From Candidatus Heimdallarchaeota archaeon (GTDB lineage: Archaea; Asgardarchaeota; Heimdallarchaeia; JABLTI01), in contig JAUWKS010000084.1 of the NCBI GenBank assembly GCA_030614005.1, positions 1-12,649 on the forward strand: DNA of 12,649 bases. Direction: 5' to 3'. Each line of letters starts with the position of its first letter. The first letter of the stretch is position 1. Under the pieces are notes generated by a model. The model ran no database searches. It had not been told where the DNA came from and saw nothing but the letters and a program-made list of their open reading frames with translations. The position numbers were made by a program, and so were the translations under genes. Shown in pieces: positions 1-9,446 of the stretch.

Positions 1-367
1 GACTGTCATAAAGCCCTGTTGGATCCCAATCGAGACCCCATGACCAACCTACGAAGAAAAGATCGTAACCGCCCTCGGCGTATGTTGGAATTGGGTATGG
101 TCCGGGATAACCCCAGGTTCTAGGACTAATTTGTGCCCAACCAGTGTGGTCGAATGTATCTACCGCAATACCTATCTTTGGTAATTGTTCTACCATAAGA
201 GTTGCCCATTGATTTCTCGCTGGGTTGGTATTGGGAGCTAAAATACTTATTGAGAAGAACGGACCCGGATTAGCAGATTGTGCTGTTTGTGTAATCATAG
301 GTGATATGCACAGGACAAACATAATTGCTAAAGGAAGGATCATTCTTCTAATATCCTTCTTGATCAA
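1..367 (-). CDS. ABC transporter substrate-binding protein, family 5 (OppA/DppA-like), N-terminal part; runs off the window edge
   Basis: Not in the ORF track because there is no stop in the window. Manual translation from TTG 367 (or ATG 343) is open to position 2: MIKKDIRRMILPLAIMFVLCISPMITQTAQSANPGPFFSISILAPNTNPARNQWATLMVEQLPKIGIAVDTFDHTGWAQISPRTWGYPGPYPIPTYAEGGYDLFFVGWSWGLDWDPTGLYDS. It has a basic-then-hydrophobic signal peptide. The 'L..IGI.V' and 'GGYDLFFVGW..D.DP' segments resemble family-5 binding proteins. GGAAGGT lies upstream of the TTG. Confidence 0.8.
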   Translation of the reverse strand, partial: MIKKDIRRMILPLAIMFVLCISPMITQTAQSANPGPFFSISILAPNTNPARNQWATLMVEQLPKIGIAVDTFDHTGWAQISPRTWGYPGPYPIPTYAEGGYDLFFVGWSWGLDWDPTGLYDS

Positions 368-394
368 ATTATTTTACCTTCCACATTTGAATGG

Positions 395-448
395 ATAGTA
401 CTCATTATTTTCGAGTACTATTATTTTAGTTCTTCTACTCATTTAAAA
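395..448 (-). promoter_or_regulatory. Putative promoter of the binding-protein gene: TATA-like box plus 9-bp inverted repeat
   Basis: TTTTAAAT on - at 448-441. Perfect inverted repeat ATAGTACTC(395-403)-N9-GAGTACTAT(413-421) lies where the start site would be expected. Confidence 0.45.
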
Positions 449-639
449 GTTTATTCGCTAATTGTTGCAGTGCGTCTTTTATATGTTTTAAGTTGTTTAA
501 CGTTTTTTGTCGCAGTATTTTTCAAAACCAAGACTATTTCTCTGTTCTTTTCTTAAAACAAGCATTTTAAAACCGCTCTTTAGCTTTGTAGAAGTTCAAA
601 AATAGTTTTTTGAGGGTTTAATTTACAAGTTTTTGTATT

Positions 640-3516
640 TTATGCCCTCAAAGCATGAATAATATCTTGTCTACTATACTTTATTACCGTAGGTATAATT
701 CCAACGATTGCCACAAGAGTCATTATTACTGGAAACAGAATTGTTTGTAAAACCGGAATAATTATTGTAAATGGTATTAAGTTATGTGAAGTCAATAATG
801 GTGTTATTAAGAAGAATGTCGAGTAAGTAAAAGCTATTCCCAGGACTATTCCTGCCAACGAAGAGCTTAGAGTTATTATTAGTACTTCTAGCAGGACTAA
901 TTTCGTTGTTTTTCTTCCTGATGCACCCATTGACATTGCAATAGCCAATTCATGTGTTCTTTGACTGATAGTAAAGTCAGTGAACATTACTAGTAACACT
1001 ATACCAATTATGGCTGTAATTATCCACTCAATAGTAAAGAACGATAAGATATTTGGTATGTAAGATTCTACGAATGACCCTACGAATTCTTCATTCACCG
1101 AGTCTGGATTTACTGATATTCCACTATTAGTTGATTCAATCTCTTCTGCGATGTCCTTAATATCATAGTCTGGTAAAGTACTCGCCAAAAAGAGTTTGTT
1201 GAGTGTGATACTTAATTCCTCTTTCACAAATTCTTCATTTATTAGTATAAATCCTTCATTTGGTTGTAGCATTTCAATATTTGATCCATCTGCTAGTCCT
1301 AAACCAGGAGCTGAGTTGATTACTCCTTTTATTTCGAATAATCTAAAGTAAGTTCCTCCAGGTAAGTTTGCTACTGGCAATTGATCTCCGGTTGTTAAAT
1401 TCAATCGTGTTGCTAGTCCACTTCCAATTATTACTCCGTCTTCTGCTTCATCTAATGCTTGCAACACTTCGAACGATTGTCCTTCTAGAAAACAGCTTTT
1501 ATCCCAATTTCCTATTCTGGAGAAAATAATCGGATCTACGCCATATATGGTATAGTCTTCATATGCTATTGCTCCTTTAGTTTTGAAAATGGGTATCACC
1601 TCATTCACCCCTTCGAATTGAGAGATATTATTTTTGAAGTCGCTATCTATTGGGTAGGTAATAATTCGTAAATCTGCTCCATTCTTGAATTCCAATTCAA
1701 TTACTTGATTTTGATGTACAGATTCTGCTGATATTACTGAAAACATTATCACTGATGAAACTATAACTAGAGCGAAAGTCATTGTACTTAGCTTTTTATC
1801 TTTTCGTTTGAAATTATTCACGAGAAAGAATGCATCATTAAAGATTAACCTTCGATATAATCCTTTTAGTTTGGTTAGTACTTTATTGTTCATTATGTGA
1901 CTAATAAACTGCGCCCCAAATATCATTAGAATACAAAATAGAATGAATGTATATCCTGCTGATAGTGTGCTAGTAAAATTGAATGAATTTGATGCTGTAA
2001 CATTCCTAATAGTTTCTATTAATGAAAATATTAACGCAATGATTACAATTACAACCAATCCTATATTGATACTCATAAAGATGCTCTTTTGGAATTTCTT
2101 TCTACTTTCATCTCCATCCACGCTATCTCGACTTTTTAATGCTACTTCCCACCAAATTTTGAATGAAGCATATCCTACCAGGATAACTAAGAACCCAATC
2201 GAAGTTAGCAATGTGAAACCAAAGGGCATTTGCATATTTGCCAGGAATTTGACAAAAATTGCTCCTGAAAATCCTCCAGCTGAAAATGATGGAATAATTG
2301 CCGCAACAAAATATGCCAGAAGCACCCCTAATGCTATTCCAATTACCGAAACGATGAGGAATTCTACAATAAAGAGAAACAATATCTGCCCTACATCTGC
2401 TCCTCTATCCCTGAAAAGGTCTACTTGTCCTCGTCTTGATTCAACTTCCATATTCACCATAAATATGGTTAAAATCAACCCTACAATTATAACAGGTAAC
2501 ATAAAGACAATTGTAATGGAAGCTCGTGAATAAGCGTTCTGCAGAGAAGTAATTGGACTTGAGAGAATGTAAATATAAACAGCTGGAAAGTCGACTTTCA
2601 AATTTTCAGAAAAGAAGGTCATCTTATCGACTACTTGATCGAGACCTCCATCAGTCAGCAAAGTCTTATCAAATTTCACTAAGAAAATATAGGGAATATC
2701 TCTTGTCACCATTTCATCGAGATCCGCATCGGTTACTTCTGCTAATGGAAAAAGTATTGAGTCTGATAACCACTCTAAATCAAAAGCTGATTGAATTATT
2801 GAAACACCGTCTTGTATTGTGAAAATGCCTGATATGGTAAAATCCTGATATGTGATTGGGAAAAAATCTTCGATAGTATCTAATCCATAAGCTGGGTTTG
2901 GATAGTATTTTGCTATTGATAAATTGAATGTATCTCCCACTTGTATTTCTCGACCGTATATCTCACCTAATTCTTGGGCTTGTTTTAAGCTGATGACAAT
3001 ATTATTTTCATCAACAATAAAATCGCCTTCGACATCGAATAGAAAACTAATACGGTCTAACGTTTCTTGTTCCACCAGCAAGGAGTTTGTCACTGACACA
3101 GGATTCGTTTGATTTTCCTGCTCATCTTCCGGCAAACAAATATAGCTCGGGTCTTTTCCATCAGTATTGAACAGTGCTTGTGTCGAATACGCAAGATTGT
3201 ATAATTCAACTAAAGCATTTTCATCTAAGTTCTCCATTATTTCATCTATATCATCTGGGTTATTAGATGAAAGGACATAGGATTGATAATCTTGAGTGTC
3301 TAGAAAGTCGTTTAACGCTAAATTTTCCGAAGTCCCTGACCAATAATACACCGATAAGAGCATTGTTATCGAAATAGTAAATCCAAAAATAATTATCCCC
3401 ATATTTCTTTTGTGATTCAAGATGTTCTTAAAAGCTAGTTTTATGAAGAATCCAACCTTCAATTTATCTTTATATTCCTCATCTTGTATCTCGTCTTTGC
3501 TCAATAATATCACCAT
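640..3516 (-). CDS. FtsX/MacB-family ABC permease with two tandem modules (about 10-11 TM segments, two large extracytoplasmic domains)
   Basis: 958-aa ORF with the pattern TM - large soluble domain - TM cluster, present twice. It has two FtsX-like motifs ('ESRRGQVDLFRDRGA' and 'QRTHELAIAMSMGAS'). It follows a LolD/MacB-type ATPase after a 50-nt gap. The true start may be TTG at 3504 (GGTGA at 3514-3510). Confidence 0.88.
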   Translation of the reverse strand: MVILLSKDEIQDEEYKDKLKVGFFIKLAFKNILNHKRNMGIIIFGFTISITMLLSVYYWSGTSENLALNDFLDTQDYQSYVLSSNNPDDIDEIMENLDENALVELYNLAYSTQALFNTDGKDPSYICLPEDEQENQTNPVSVTNSLLVEQETLDRISFLFDVEGDFIVDENNIVISLKQAQELGEIYGREIQVGDTFNLSIAKYYPNPAYGLDTIEDFFPITYQDFTISGIFTIQDGVSIIQSAFDLEWLSDSILFPLAEVTDADLDEMVTRDIPYIFLVKFDKTLLTDGGLDQVVDKMTFFSENLKVDFPAVYIYILSSPITSLQNAYSRASITIVFMLPVIIVGLILTIFMVNMEVESRRGQVDLFRDRGADVGQILFLFIVEFLIVSVIGIALGVLLAYFVAAIIPSFSAGGFSGAIFVKFLANMQMPFGFTLLTSIGFLVILVGYASFKIWWEVALKSRDSVDGDESRKKFQKSIFMSINIGLVVIVIIALIFSLIETIRNVTASNSFNFTSTLSAGYTFILFCILMIFGAQFISHIMNNKVLTKLKGLYRRLIFNDAFFLVNNFKRKDKKLSTMTFALVIVSSVIMFSVISAESVHQNQVIELEFKNGADLRIITYPIDSDFKNNISQFEGVNEVIPIFKTKGAIAYEDYTIYGVDPIIFSRIGNWDKSCFLEGQSFEVLQALDEAEDGVIIGSGLATRLNLTTGDQLPVANLPGGTYFRLFEIKGVINSAPGLGLADGSNIEMLQPNEGFILINEEFVKEELSITLNKLFLASTLPDYDIKDIAEEIESTNSGISVNPDSVNEEFVGSFVESYIPNILSFFTIEWIITAIIGIVLLVMFTDFTISQRTHELAIAMSMGASGRKTTKLVLLEVLIITLSSSLAGIVLGIAFTYSTFFLITPLLTSHNLIPFTIIIPVLQTILFPVIMTLVAIVGIIPTVIKYSRQDIIHALRA

Positions 3517-3566
3517 TAAAGTACTCGAGTTTGTCTTGTATCAATAATCCATAATTCTTCTCAGTT

Positions 3567-4385
3567 TTACTTGCTTTTTTTCTTTGTTTTTTTGCCAGAG
3601 GTTTCTTCTGTTTTCGTTTCCGTTGTGACCATTTTTTCTGCATCAACAGATCTTTGATAAACTTCTTTTGCACTTTGGAAATCAAAGGATTTCTTATCTT
3701 GGATTTTTTCTTCAACCAATTGACCATTTCTTATTATGAGCACGCGATCAGCTCTTGCAGCCATTTCTGGATCATGAGTTGTCATAATAACAGAGATGCC
3801 TTCTTTTTTGATTAGTTCTTCAATCAAATCCATAATTTCATCACCTAAAGCAGTGTCTAGCGCCCTTGTAGGTTCATCACAGATCAGTATTTTTGGTGTA
3901 TTCGCTATTGCTCGAGCAATTACCACTCTTTGTTTTTGACCGTTAGAAAGTTGATGTGGAAGTTTATTAGCCATTTCAATCATTTCTACTCGTTCAAGTA
4001 ATCGATATGCAACAGTTAAAGCTAATTCCTCAGATTTTCCAGCGATGATCAAAGGGGCCATAACATTTTCAATTGCAGTCATACTTGGAATAAGATAAAA
4101 TTCTTGGAAGATAATCCCGAGATGCCCTTGCCTGAAAACTCTGAACTCTTCTGTAGACATCTGTGAAATCTCTTGACCTTCAATTTTTATTTCTCCAGAA
4201 TTCAAGGAATCTATTCCGTATAACAGGTTTAGCAAGGTTGTTTTTCCGCTTCCAGATATACCAATTATTGCCAACATTTCTCCTTTGTTCAATTTGAATG
4301 TAACACCTTTTAGTACCTCAAGAGGACCAGAACGCAACTCATAATGCTTGAAAACATCCTTACATTCTAAGACTATATTAGACAT
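3567..4385 (-). CDS. ABC ATP-binding protein, LolD/MacB/SalX type
   Basis: Walker A GISGSGKTT, Q-loop IFQ, signature LSNGQ, Walker B ILICDE, D-loop PTRALD and H-loop TTHD are present. The C-terminal tail is Lys-rich. An AGAAGGAA SD-like sequence lies upstream. Confidence 0.93.
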   Translation of the reverse strand: MSNIVLECKDVFKHYELRSGPLEVLKGVTFKLNKGEMLAIIGISGSGKTTLLNLLYGIDSLNSGEIKIEGQEISQMSTEEFRVFRQGHLGIIFQEFYLIPSMTAIENVMAPLIIAGKSEELALTVAYRLLERVEMIEMANKLPHQLSNGQKQRVVIARAIANTPKILICDEPTRALDTALGDEIMDLIEELIKKEGISVIMTTHDPEMAARADRVLIIRNGQLVEEKIQDKKSFDFQSAKEVYQRSVDAEKMVTTETKTEETSGKKTKKKSK

Positions 4386-4466
4386 TGAAACTTCCTTCTT
4401 TTTTACAGAGTAAACAATTTTTTTTGCTAATTATTATTTTAAGGAGTAATTTATTTTTAACACTCT

Positions 4467-4533
4467 TTTCAAGAATGACTCCTTCTCAAATTCTTGAAAG
4501 TATGCGAATATATTCTAATTTATAGGTTATATA
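4467..4533 (-). promoter_or_regulatory. Putative promoter/operator of the ATPase-permease pair
   Basis: TATATAA (4533-4527) and TATAAAT (4524-4518) occur on -. A perfect 10-bp inverted repeat follows: TTTCAAGAAT(4467-4476)-N13-ATTCTTGAAA(4490-4499). Confidence 0.45.
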
Positions 4534-4813
4534 TGTTATTACTAACCAAAGATAATAGTAGAATATTAAATAATTAGTCATTTCTAATTTAACCTTAAAT
4601 TTGCTTAATTTTTGAAAAAAAGAGCTCTTCTCAGATTTTTGCAAGGATTTTTTATATAGAATTAATTTTAAAGGAAACAGATACTTTGAAATAGACAGAT
4701 AATTGACTATGTTTAGAAAATATTCTTTAGGAATAACAAACTATCCGAACTAGAAGAATAAAAGGATTAATATTCAATAAACATCTAAATCTAATTTCAG
4801 AGCGTGAAAACTT

Positions 4814-5818
4814 ATGACTGCAGAATCTCATAAAAGCAAAATTTTACTCGAATTACGCGACGTTCGAAAATGGTTTCCAGTAAAGGAACAAGGTTTTGTT
4901 GGTAGTAGACAAGTCGCAAATATCAAAGCAGTTGATGGAGTCAATTTAGTGATCTACCGGGGTGAAACCCTAGGGTTGGTTGGTGAAAGCGGTTGTGGAA
5001 AAACAACTACAGGCAAAGTTATCGTTAAATTAGAAGTACCCACCACAGGACAGATTCTCTATAATGGACAAGATATCTATGCTTTCCATACAAAAGAGGA
5101 TGAAATGTACTTTAAACGAAATGTGCAAATGATCTTTCAAGACCCTTACAGTTCTCTTAACCCACGTATGCTTGTTATGGATATTATTGGTGAAGGATTA
5201 GACATTCATGAACCAAAAATGTCAAAGTTAAGGCGTGATGAAAAAGTATACGATTTGCTGGATAAAGTAGGTTTAGAAAGATATCACGCAATGAGATATC
5301 CTCATGAGTTTAGTGGAGGACAAAGACAGCGTATAGGTATCGCTAGATCCTTATCTGTTAATCCAGAATTAGTGGTCGCAGATGAACCTGTTTCCGCTTT
5401 AGATGTTTCAGTGCAAGCACAAATTCTTAATTTAATGCAAGATTTACAAAAGCAATTCAATTTAACCTACATTTTTGTTGCTCATGATTTATCTGTAATT
5501 AAACATGTCAGTGACCGTGTAGCGGTTATGTATCTTGGAACAATTGTTGAATATGGTTCTAATAATCAAGTTTTCACTGAGACAGGACATCCTTATACTG
5601 TCTCACTTATGTCAGCCATTCCAAGACCAGACCCAAGAAGAAAAATGAAACGTATTGTACTCCCAGGTGAACCTCCTTCCCCTATCAATGTTCCAACTGG
5701 TTGTCGTTTCCATCCGAGATGTTACAAATCTGATGGAGAAAAATGCATCAAAGAAGATCCACCTATGATTGAACTAGAAGAGGGACATTTAGTTAAATGT
5801 CATTATCCTGAAATGTAA
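4814..5818 (+). CDS. oppF: Oligopeptide/dipeptide ABC transporter ATP-binding subunit, OppF/DppF type
   Basis: Motifs [24 protein letters not shown] and [18 protein letters not shown], plus the C-terminal GCRFHPRC...C...CH motif. The symbol is family-level; opp, dpp and app cannot be distinguished. Confidence 0.93.
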   Translation: MTAESHKSKILLELRDVRKWFPVKEQGFVGSRQVANIKAVDGVNLVIYRGETLGLVGESGCGKTTTGKVIVKLEVPTTGQILYNGQDIYAFHTKEDEMYFKRNVQMIFQDPYSSLNPRMLVMDIIGEGLDIHEPKMSKLRRDEKVYDLLDKVGLERYHAMRYPHEFSGGQRQRIGIARSLSVNPELVVADEPVSALDVSVQAQILNLMQDLQKQFNLTYIFVAHDLSVIKHVSDRVAVMYLGTIVEYGSNNQVFTETGHPYTVSLMSAIPRPDPRRKMKRIVLPGEPPSPINVPTGCRFHPRCYKSDGEKCIKEDPPMIELEEGHLVKCHYPEM

Positions 5819-5832
5819 GGATCTCTTATCAG

Positions 5833-5872
5833 AAAAGAGCAGATTTTAATGCTCTTTTAAACATTTTTTTTT
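5833..5872 (+). terminator. Hairpin plus T-tract after oppF
   Basis: AAAAGAGCA-gattttaa-TGCTCTTTT (5833-5858), then a T9 run at 5864-5872. Confidence 0.55.
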
Positions 5873-6057
5873 ATTTTTCTTTCGATAATAAGATTTATCA
5901 ATTATTTTCAAGTGCTAAAATAGTATAATAATAAAGTAATACAAGCTTTCCGAATCAACCAATTGAAAGTCCAAAAGTAAATTAAAATAATGAATCTTCA
6001 GAAAAGACTTAATAAAAATAAAGATTGCTTGTTATCAGAACAAAATCGGTGAAATAG

Positions 6058-7089
6058 ATGGAACCATTGCTCGAAGTAAAAAATCTAATGACTCATTTCT
6101 TCACAGAAGCGGGTGTTGTTGAAGCCTTAGATGGAATAGATCTTACTGTTTTTCCTAAAGAGTCTGTTGGAATTGTTGGAGAATCAGGCTGTGGGAAAAC
6201 CCAGACTGCTTATTCAATTCTGCGAATCCTTGCACAGAATGGCCAGATTATCGACGGAGAAATTCTTTACAAAGGAGAAGATCTAATAACATTACCTGAA
6301 GCAGAAATGCGTAACATCCGTGGAAAAGAAATTGCAATGATTTTCCAGGATCCAATGACTTCTCTGAATCCAGTAATAAGAATCGCTGATCAGATGATCG
6401 AAGTTATTGCTTTGCATAGAGATGTATCTGCAATTGAAGCACGTGAACTCGCTATCAATGCACTTACCGCTGTTGGTCTTTCAGAAGCGGATAAACGTAT
6501 TGATGAATATCCTCACAAATTCAGCGGTGGTATGAGACAAAGAATTCTCATTGCGCGTGCAATTGCCTTACAACCATCTCTTTTAATTGCAGATGAACCA
6601 ACAACTGCTTTAGATGTTACAATTCAAGCACAAGTACTTGAAATTTTCAAAGATATGAGAGATAAATTTGATTTAGCTATGATGCTCATTACGCACAATC
6701 TTGGTGTAGTTGCTGAACTAACTGAAAGGGTACATATCTTCTATGGAGGACGTGTTGCAGAAGTAGGGTCAACATTTGACATTTTCACAAAACCAATGCA
6801 TCCTTATACAATTGCTCTTTTAGAAAGCATTCCTTCTTTGGATGTAGATAAAGGACGGTTAGCAACCATTCCTGGAAGCGTACCTCAATTAATCAATCCT
6901 CCTCAAGGATGTAGATTCCATCCAAGATGCAGATACGCTAAAGAAATCTGCTCAAAAGATCGACCACCTATGGAAGAAAAAGTTCCAGGAAGATTTGTTG
7001 CTTGTCACTTCTGGGAAGAAGTAGAAATAAGTGATCTTGCTGAACAGGTATTGGGTCAAAAGAAGAAGGACATTAAAAAAGCTAAATAA
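6058..7089 (+). CDS. oppD: Oligopeptide/dipeptide ABC transporter ATP-binding subunit, OppD/DppD type
   Basis: Motifs [28 protein letters not shown] and [14 protein letters not shown], plus C-terminal GCRFHPRC...C...CH. GGTGA SD at 6048-6052. Confidence 0.93.
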   Translation: MEPLLEVKNLMTHFFTEAGVVEALDGIDLTVFPKESVGIVGESGCGKTQTAYSILRILAQNGQIIDGEILYKGEDLITLPEAEMRNIRGKEIAMIFQDPMTSLNPVIRIADQMIEVIALHRDVSAIEARELAINALTAVGLSEADKRIDEYPHKFSGGMRQRILIARAIALQPSLLIADEPTTALDVTIQAQVLEIFKDMRDKFDLAMMLITHNLGVVAELTERVHIFYGGRVAEVGSTFDIFTKPMHPYTIALLESIPSLDVDKGRLATIPGSVPQLINPPQGCRFHPRCRYAKEICSKDRPPMEEKVPGRFVACHFWEEVEISDLAEQVLGQKKKDIKKAK

Positions 7090-7100
7090 TATTAATTTTT

Positions 7101-7140
7101 TTGTGTTAAATTCCAACACAACTCTTTTTCATTTTATTTT
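7101..7140 (+). terminator. Hairpin plus T-rich tract after oppD
   Basis: TTGTGTT-aaattcc-AACACAA (7101-7121), then ctctttttcattttatttt. Confidence 0.45.
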
Positions 7141-7264
7141 CCGCATCAATTTAGTATAGTTCTATATTATGAAATTTCTCTCTCAAATGGGTTGGAAACT
7201 ATTAATCACAATATTCATTGAAAAAGTTACTATAACTAAAGTTATCTGAACAGAAAATTGACTT

Positions 7265-7302
7265 AAAAAAAAGATAGTTAGTTGGCTGTAAAAAACAACC
7301 AA
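7265..7302 (-). terminator. Hairpin plus T-tract after oppC
   Basis: On -: TTGGTTG-tttttta-CAGCCAA (one G-U pair), then a T8 run (7272-7265). Confidence 0.45.
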
Positions 7303-7316
7303 ACTCGATTTTCAAT

Positions 7317-8291
7317 CTAATCCTTTAATCTTGGATTCATTGCATCATTTAATGCATCGCCAACAATGTTGAATGCTAAGACAAGGAAGAATATTCCAAA
7401 TCCGGCAATGAATACTTGTTCAGGATTATTGATGAGGTTTATAACTCCTTCATTAACAACTCTTCCCCAAGATACTGTTTGTGGATCACCGAATCCAAGG
7501 AAAGTTAAGCCTGCTTCTGCAAGGATATTACCACCAATGTTTAAGGTCGTAACGACTACCAATGGGGACAAGATATTTGGCAGAACATGTTTTGATATTA
7601 TACGCCAATCGCTTGCTCCAAGACAGATTGCTGCTGAGACATATTCAAGAGTCATTACTCTTTTTACCTCAGCAGTGGTAAGACGCGCTAATCCCGCCCA
7701 ACCAAAGAGACCTAAAACTGATATCATAATCGTCGCATGGGTCATATTTTGAAGGAATTCTATACGTCCCGATCTAAGGAATGATACTGCAACAATAGCA
7801 ATAAGTAAGAAAGGCACTGCAAGGAACATATCTGTTAATCGCATGATTATTTCTTCTGTCATTCCTCGATAGTAACCAGCTAAAGCACCTAGAATTACAC
7901 CAATAAAGGTAGATAATGCTGAAGCAGTAATGCCTACAAGTAGACTAATCTGAGAACCCCAAACAATTCTAGAGAATAAATCTCTACCAAGCGTATCAGT
8001 ACCGATAGGATATTTCAAACTTGGATGTTCATCAGCTCCACCACCACCATATTTATCAAATAGTGGATCAAGGGCTGTTGGATAATGTTGAGATATTACC
8101 GGAGCTAAAATTGCCATAATAACTACTACTAAAATAACAAAGAATCCGTAGATAGCTAACTTGTTCCTTTGAAATCGTTTCCATACTGTAGACCAATGTG
8201 AAGGAGATTTTTCCACAGGAGCTTCGTCACCAACACGTAGTAATTCTGCTGTACTTGGTCCTTTTGCGTCTTTATCTGTAACAGTTGCCAT
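7317..8291 (-). CDS. oppC: Oligopeptide/dipeptide ABC permease, OppC/DppC type
   Basis: Motifs 'HPS..YPIGTDTLGRDLFSRIVWGSQISLLVG', EAA-like 'EYVSAAICLGAS' and 'LAFNIVGDALNDAMNPR'. GGAGG SD at 8304-8300. Confidence 0.94.
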   Translation of the reverse strand: MATVTDKDAKGPSTAELLRVGDEAPVEKSPSHWSTVWKRFQRNKLAIYGFFVILVVVIMAILAPVISQHYPTALDPLFDKYGGGGADEHPSLKYPIGTDTLGRDLFSRIVWGSQISLLVGITASALSTFIGVILGALAGYYRGMTEEIIMRLTDMFLAVPFLLIAIVAVSFLRSGRIEFLQNMTHATIMISVLGLFGWAGLARLTTAEVKRVMTLEYVSAAICLGASDWRIISKHVLPNILSPLVVVTTLNIGGNILAEAGLTFLGFGDPQTVSWGRVVNEGVINLINNPEQVFIAGFGIFFLVLAFNIVGDALNDAMNPRLKD

Positions 8292-8308
8292 TAATCTGTC
8301 CTCCGAAA

Positions 8309-9433
8309 TTAAATCTCAATCCTTGGATCTACCCAAACATAAGCGATATCTGTAACGAGATTCGCAACGAGAATCATCAAAGTGATGATCATGCTAATCG
8401 CCATAATTAGCGGATGATCTAATCTTACGATATATTGAACGAATTTTCGTCCTAAACCCGGGAAGGAAAAGACCGTTTCTGTAATCGGTGTTCCTCCTAA
8501 TACAGCTCCAACAAATAAGCCAATATACGTCACCACCGGAAGTAATGCATTTCTCAAACCATGACTAATTAACACAGCTCTTTCTGAGAGACCATTAGCT
8601 CGAGCAGATAGAATGTAATCTTGTCTTAAGATATCTAACATTGAGCCTCTTACCAACCTAGTAAATAATGCAAGGCTAGAAAAGACAAGCGTTGTTACGG
8701 GCAGGATCATGTACCATATGGTATCACCTGTATGGACAAAGAATGACTGTATAAAGTCTCCCAGCTGTCCATTCCAAAGACCAGCCCAATTAGTGACAGG
8801 TTCTGGTGTGGAATGTGCTTTACCAGGCGGGAACCAATTCAATCCTCTTCCAGAGAAGATAAAAATTAGGAGATATCCTACGACAAAAATCGGCATTGAT
8901 TGAAAGAGTAACGCCATCGCGCTAATACCCGAATCTATCCAAGAGTTTTGGAATTTAGCTGCCATAACACCTAAAAGAATTGAGATAATTAACGAGATTA
9001 AGAATTGGGTAATTTGTAACTTGAGTGTTTCAGATAAGAAATTACCAATTGCATCCAAAACAGGTTCTCTAGTAAAGAATGTTAGACCCAAATCAAATCG
9101 TGCAAAACCCCATAACCAAATGATATATTGTTGCATAGGAGGCTTTGCTAAACCCAAAGTCTCACGAATTTTATCAATATCTGCAGGAGTAATATGAGGA
9201 TTTTGTTGGATTAGATAACCTAATGGATCTCCAATCAAATACATTAACGAAAAAGTAATGATGGATATACCAATAAATAGCGGAATAATAGTAAGGATTC
9301 TTCTGAAGCTATAAATTAATAGTCGATTTCTAGCTAGAGATTTAAACCAGCCACCGATACCATACCAGTGGGAAACTCTACTGTGACTAGAATCGATTTC
9401 TTCAGAGAAATTTTCGATAACAGCTTCTGTCAT
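8309..9433 (-). CDS. oppB: Oligopeptide/dipeptide ABC permease, OppB/DppB type
   Basis: Motifs 'QYIIWLWGFARFDLG', 'LVRGSMLDILRQDYILSARANGL', 'ETVFSFPGLG' and 'NLVTDIAYVWVDPRI'. It lies 17 nt upstream of oppC, with a GGAGT SD at 9445-9441. Confidence 0.94.
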   Translation of the reverse strand: MTEAVIENFSEEIDSSHSRVSHWYGIGGWFKSLARNRLLIYSFRRILTIIPLFIGISIITFSLMYLIGDPLGYLIQQNPHITPADIDKIRETLGLAKPPMQQYIIWLWGFARFDLGLTFFTREPVLDAIGNFLSETLKLQITQFLISLIISILLGVMAAKFQNSWIDSGISAMALLFQSMPIFVVGYLLIFIFSGRGLNWFPPGKAHSTPEPVTNWAGLWNGQLGDFIQSFFVHTGDTIWYMILPVTTLVFSSLALFTRLVRGSMLDILRQDYILSARANGLSERAVLISHGLRNALLPVVTYIGLFVGAVLGGTPITETVFSFPGLGRKFVQYIVRLDHPLIMAISMIITLMILVANLVTDIAYVWVDPRIEI

Positions 9434-9446
9434 AGTTTCAACTCCG

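Noticed and set aside
1943-3112. Plus-strand ORFs 1943-2533, 2553-2822 and 2924-3112
   Set aside because: They are antisense shadows of the 958-aa permease, with no recognisable motifs.
3479-3727. 82-aa Lys-rich minus-strand ORF
   Set aside because: It overlaps the ends of both the ATPase and the permease in another frame; its composition just reflects the A-rich ATPase tail.
4620-4629. Palindrome AAGAGCTCTT, and a weak TCAAAAA/TTTTTGA repeat at 596-613
   Set aside because: Both are short and isolated, and are expected by chance in AT-rich intergenic DNA.
5650-7010. C-terminal Cys motifs (GCRFHPRC...C...CH) of OppF and OppD as a novelty
   Set aside because: This is a standard feature of the OppD/DppD family, shown to bind [4Fe-4S] in characterised members.
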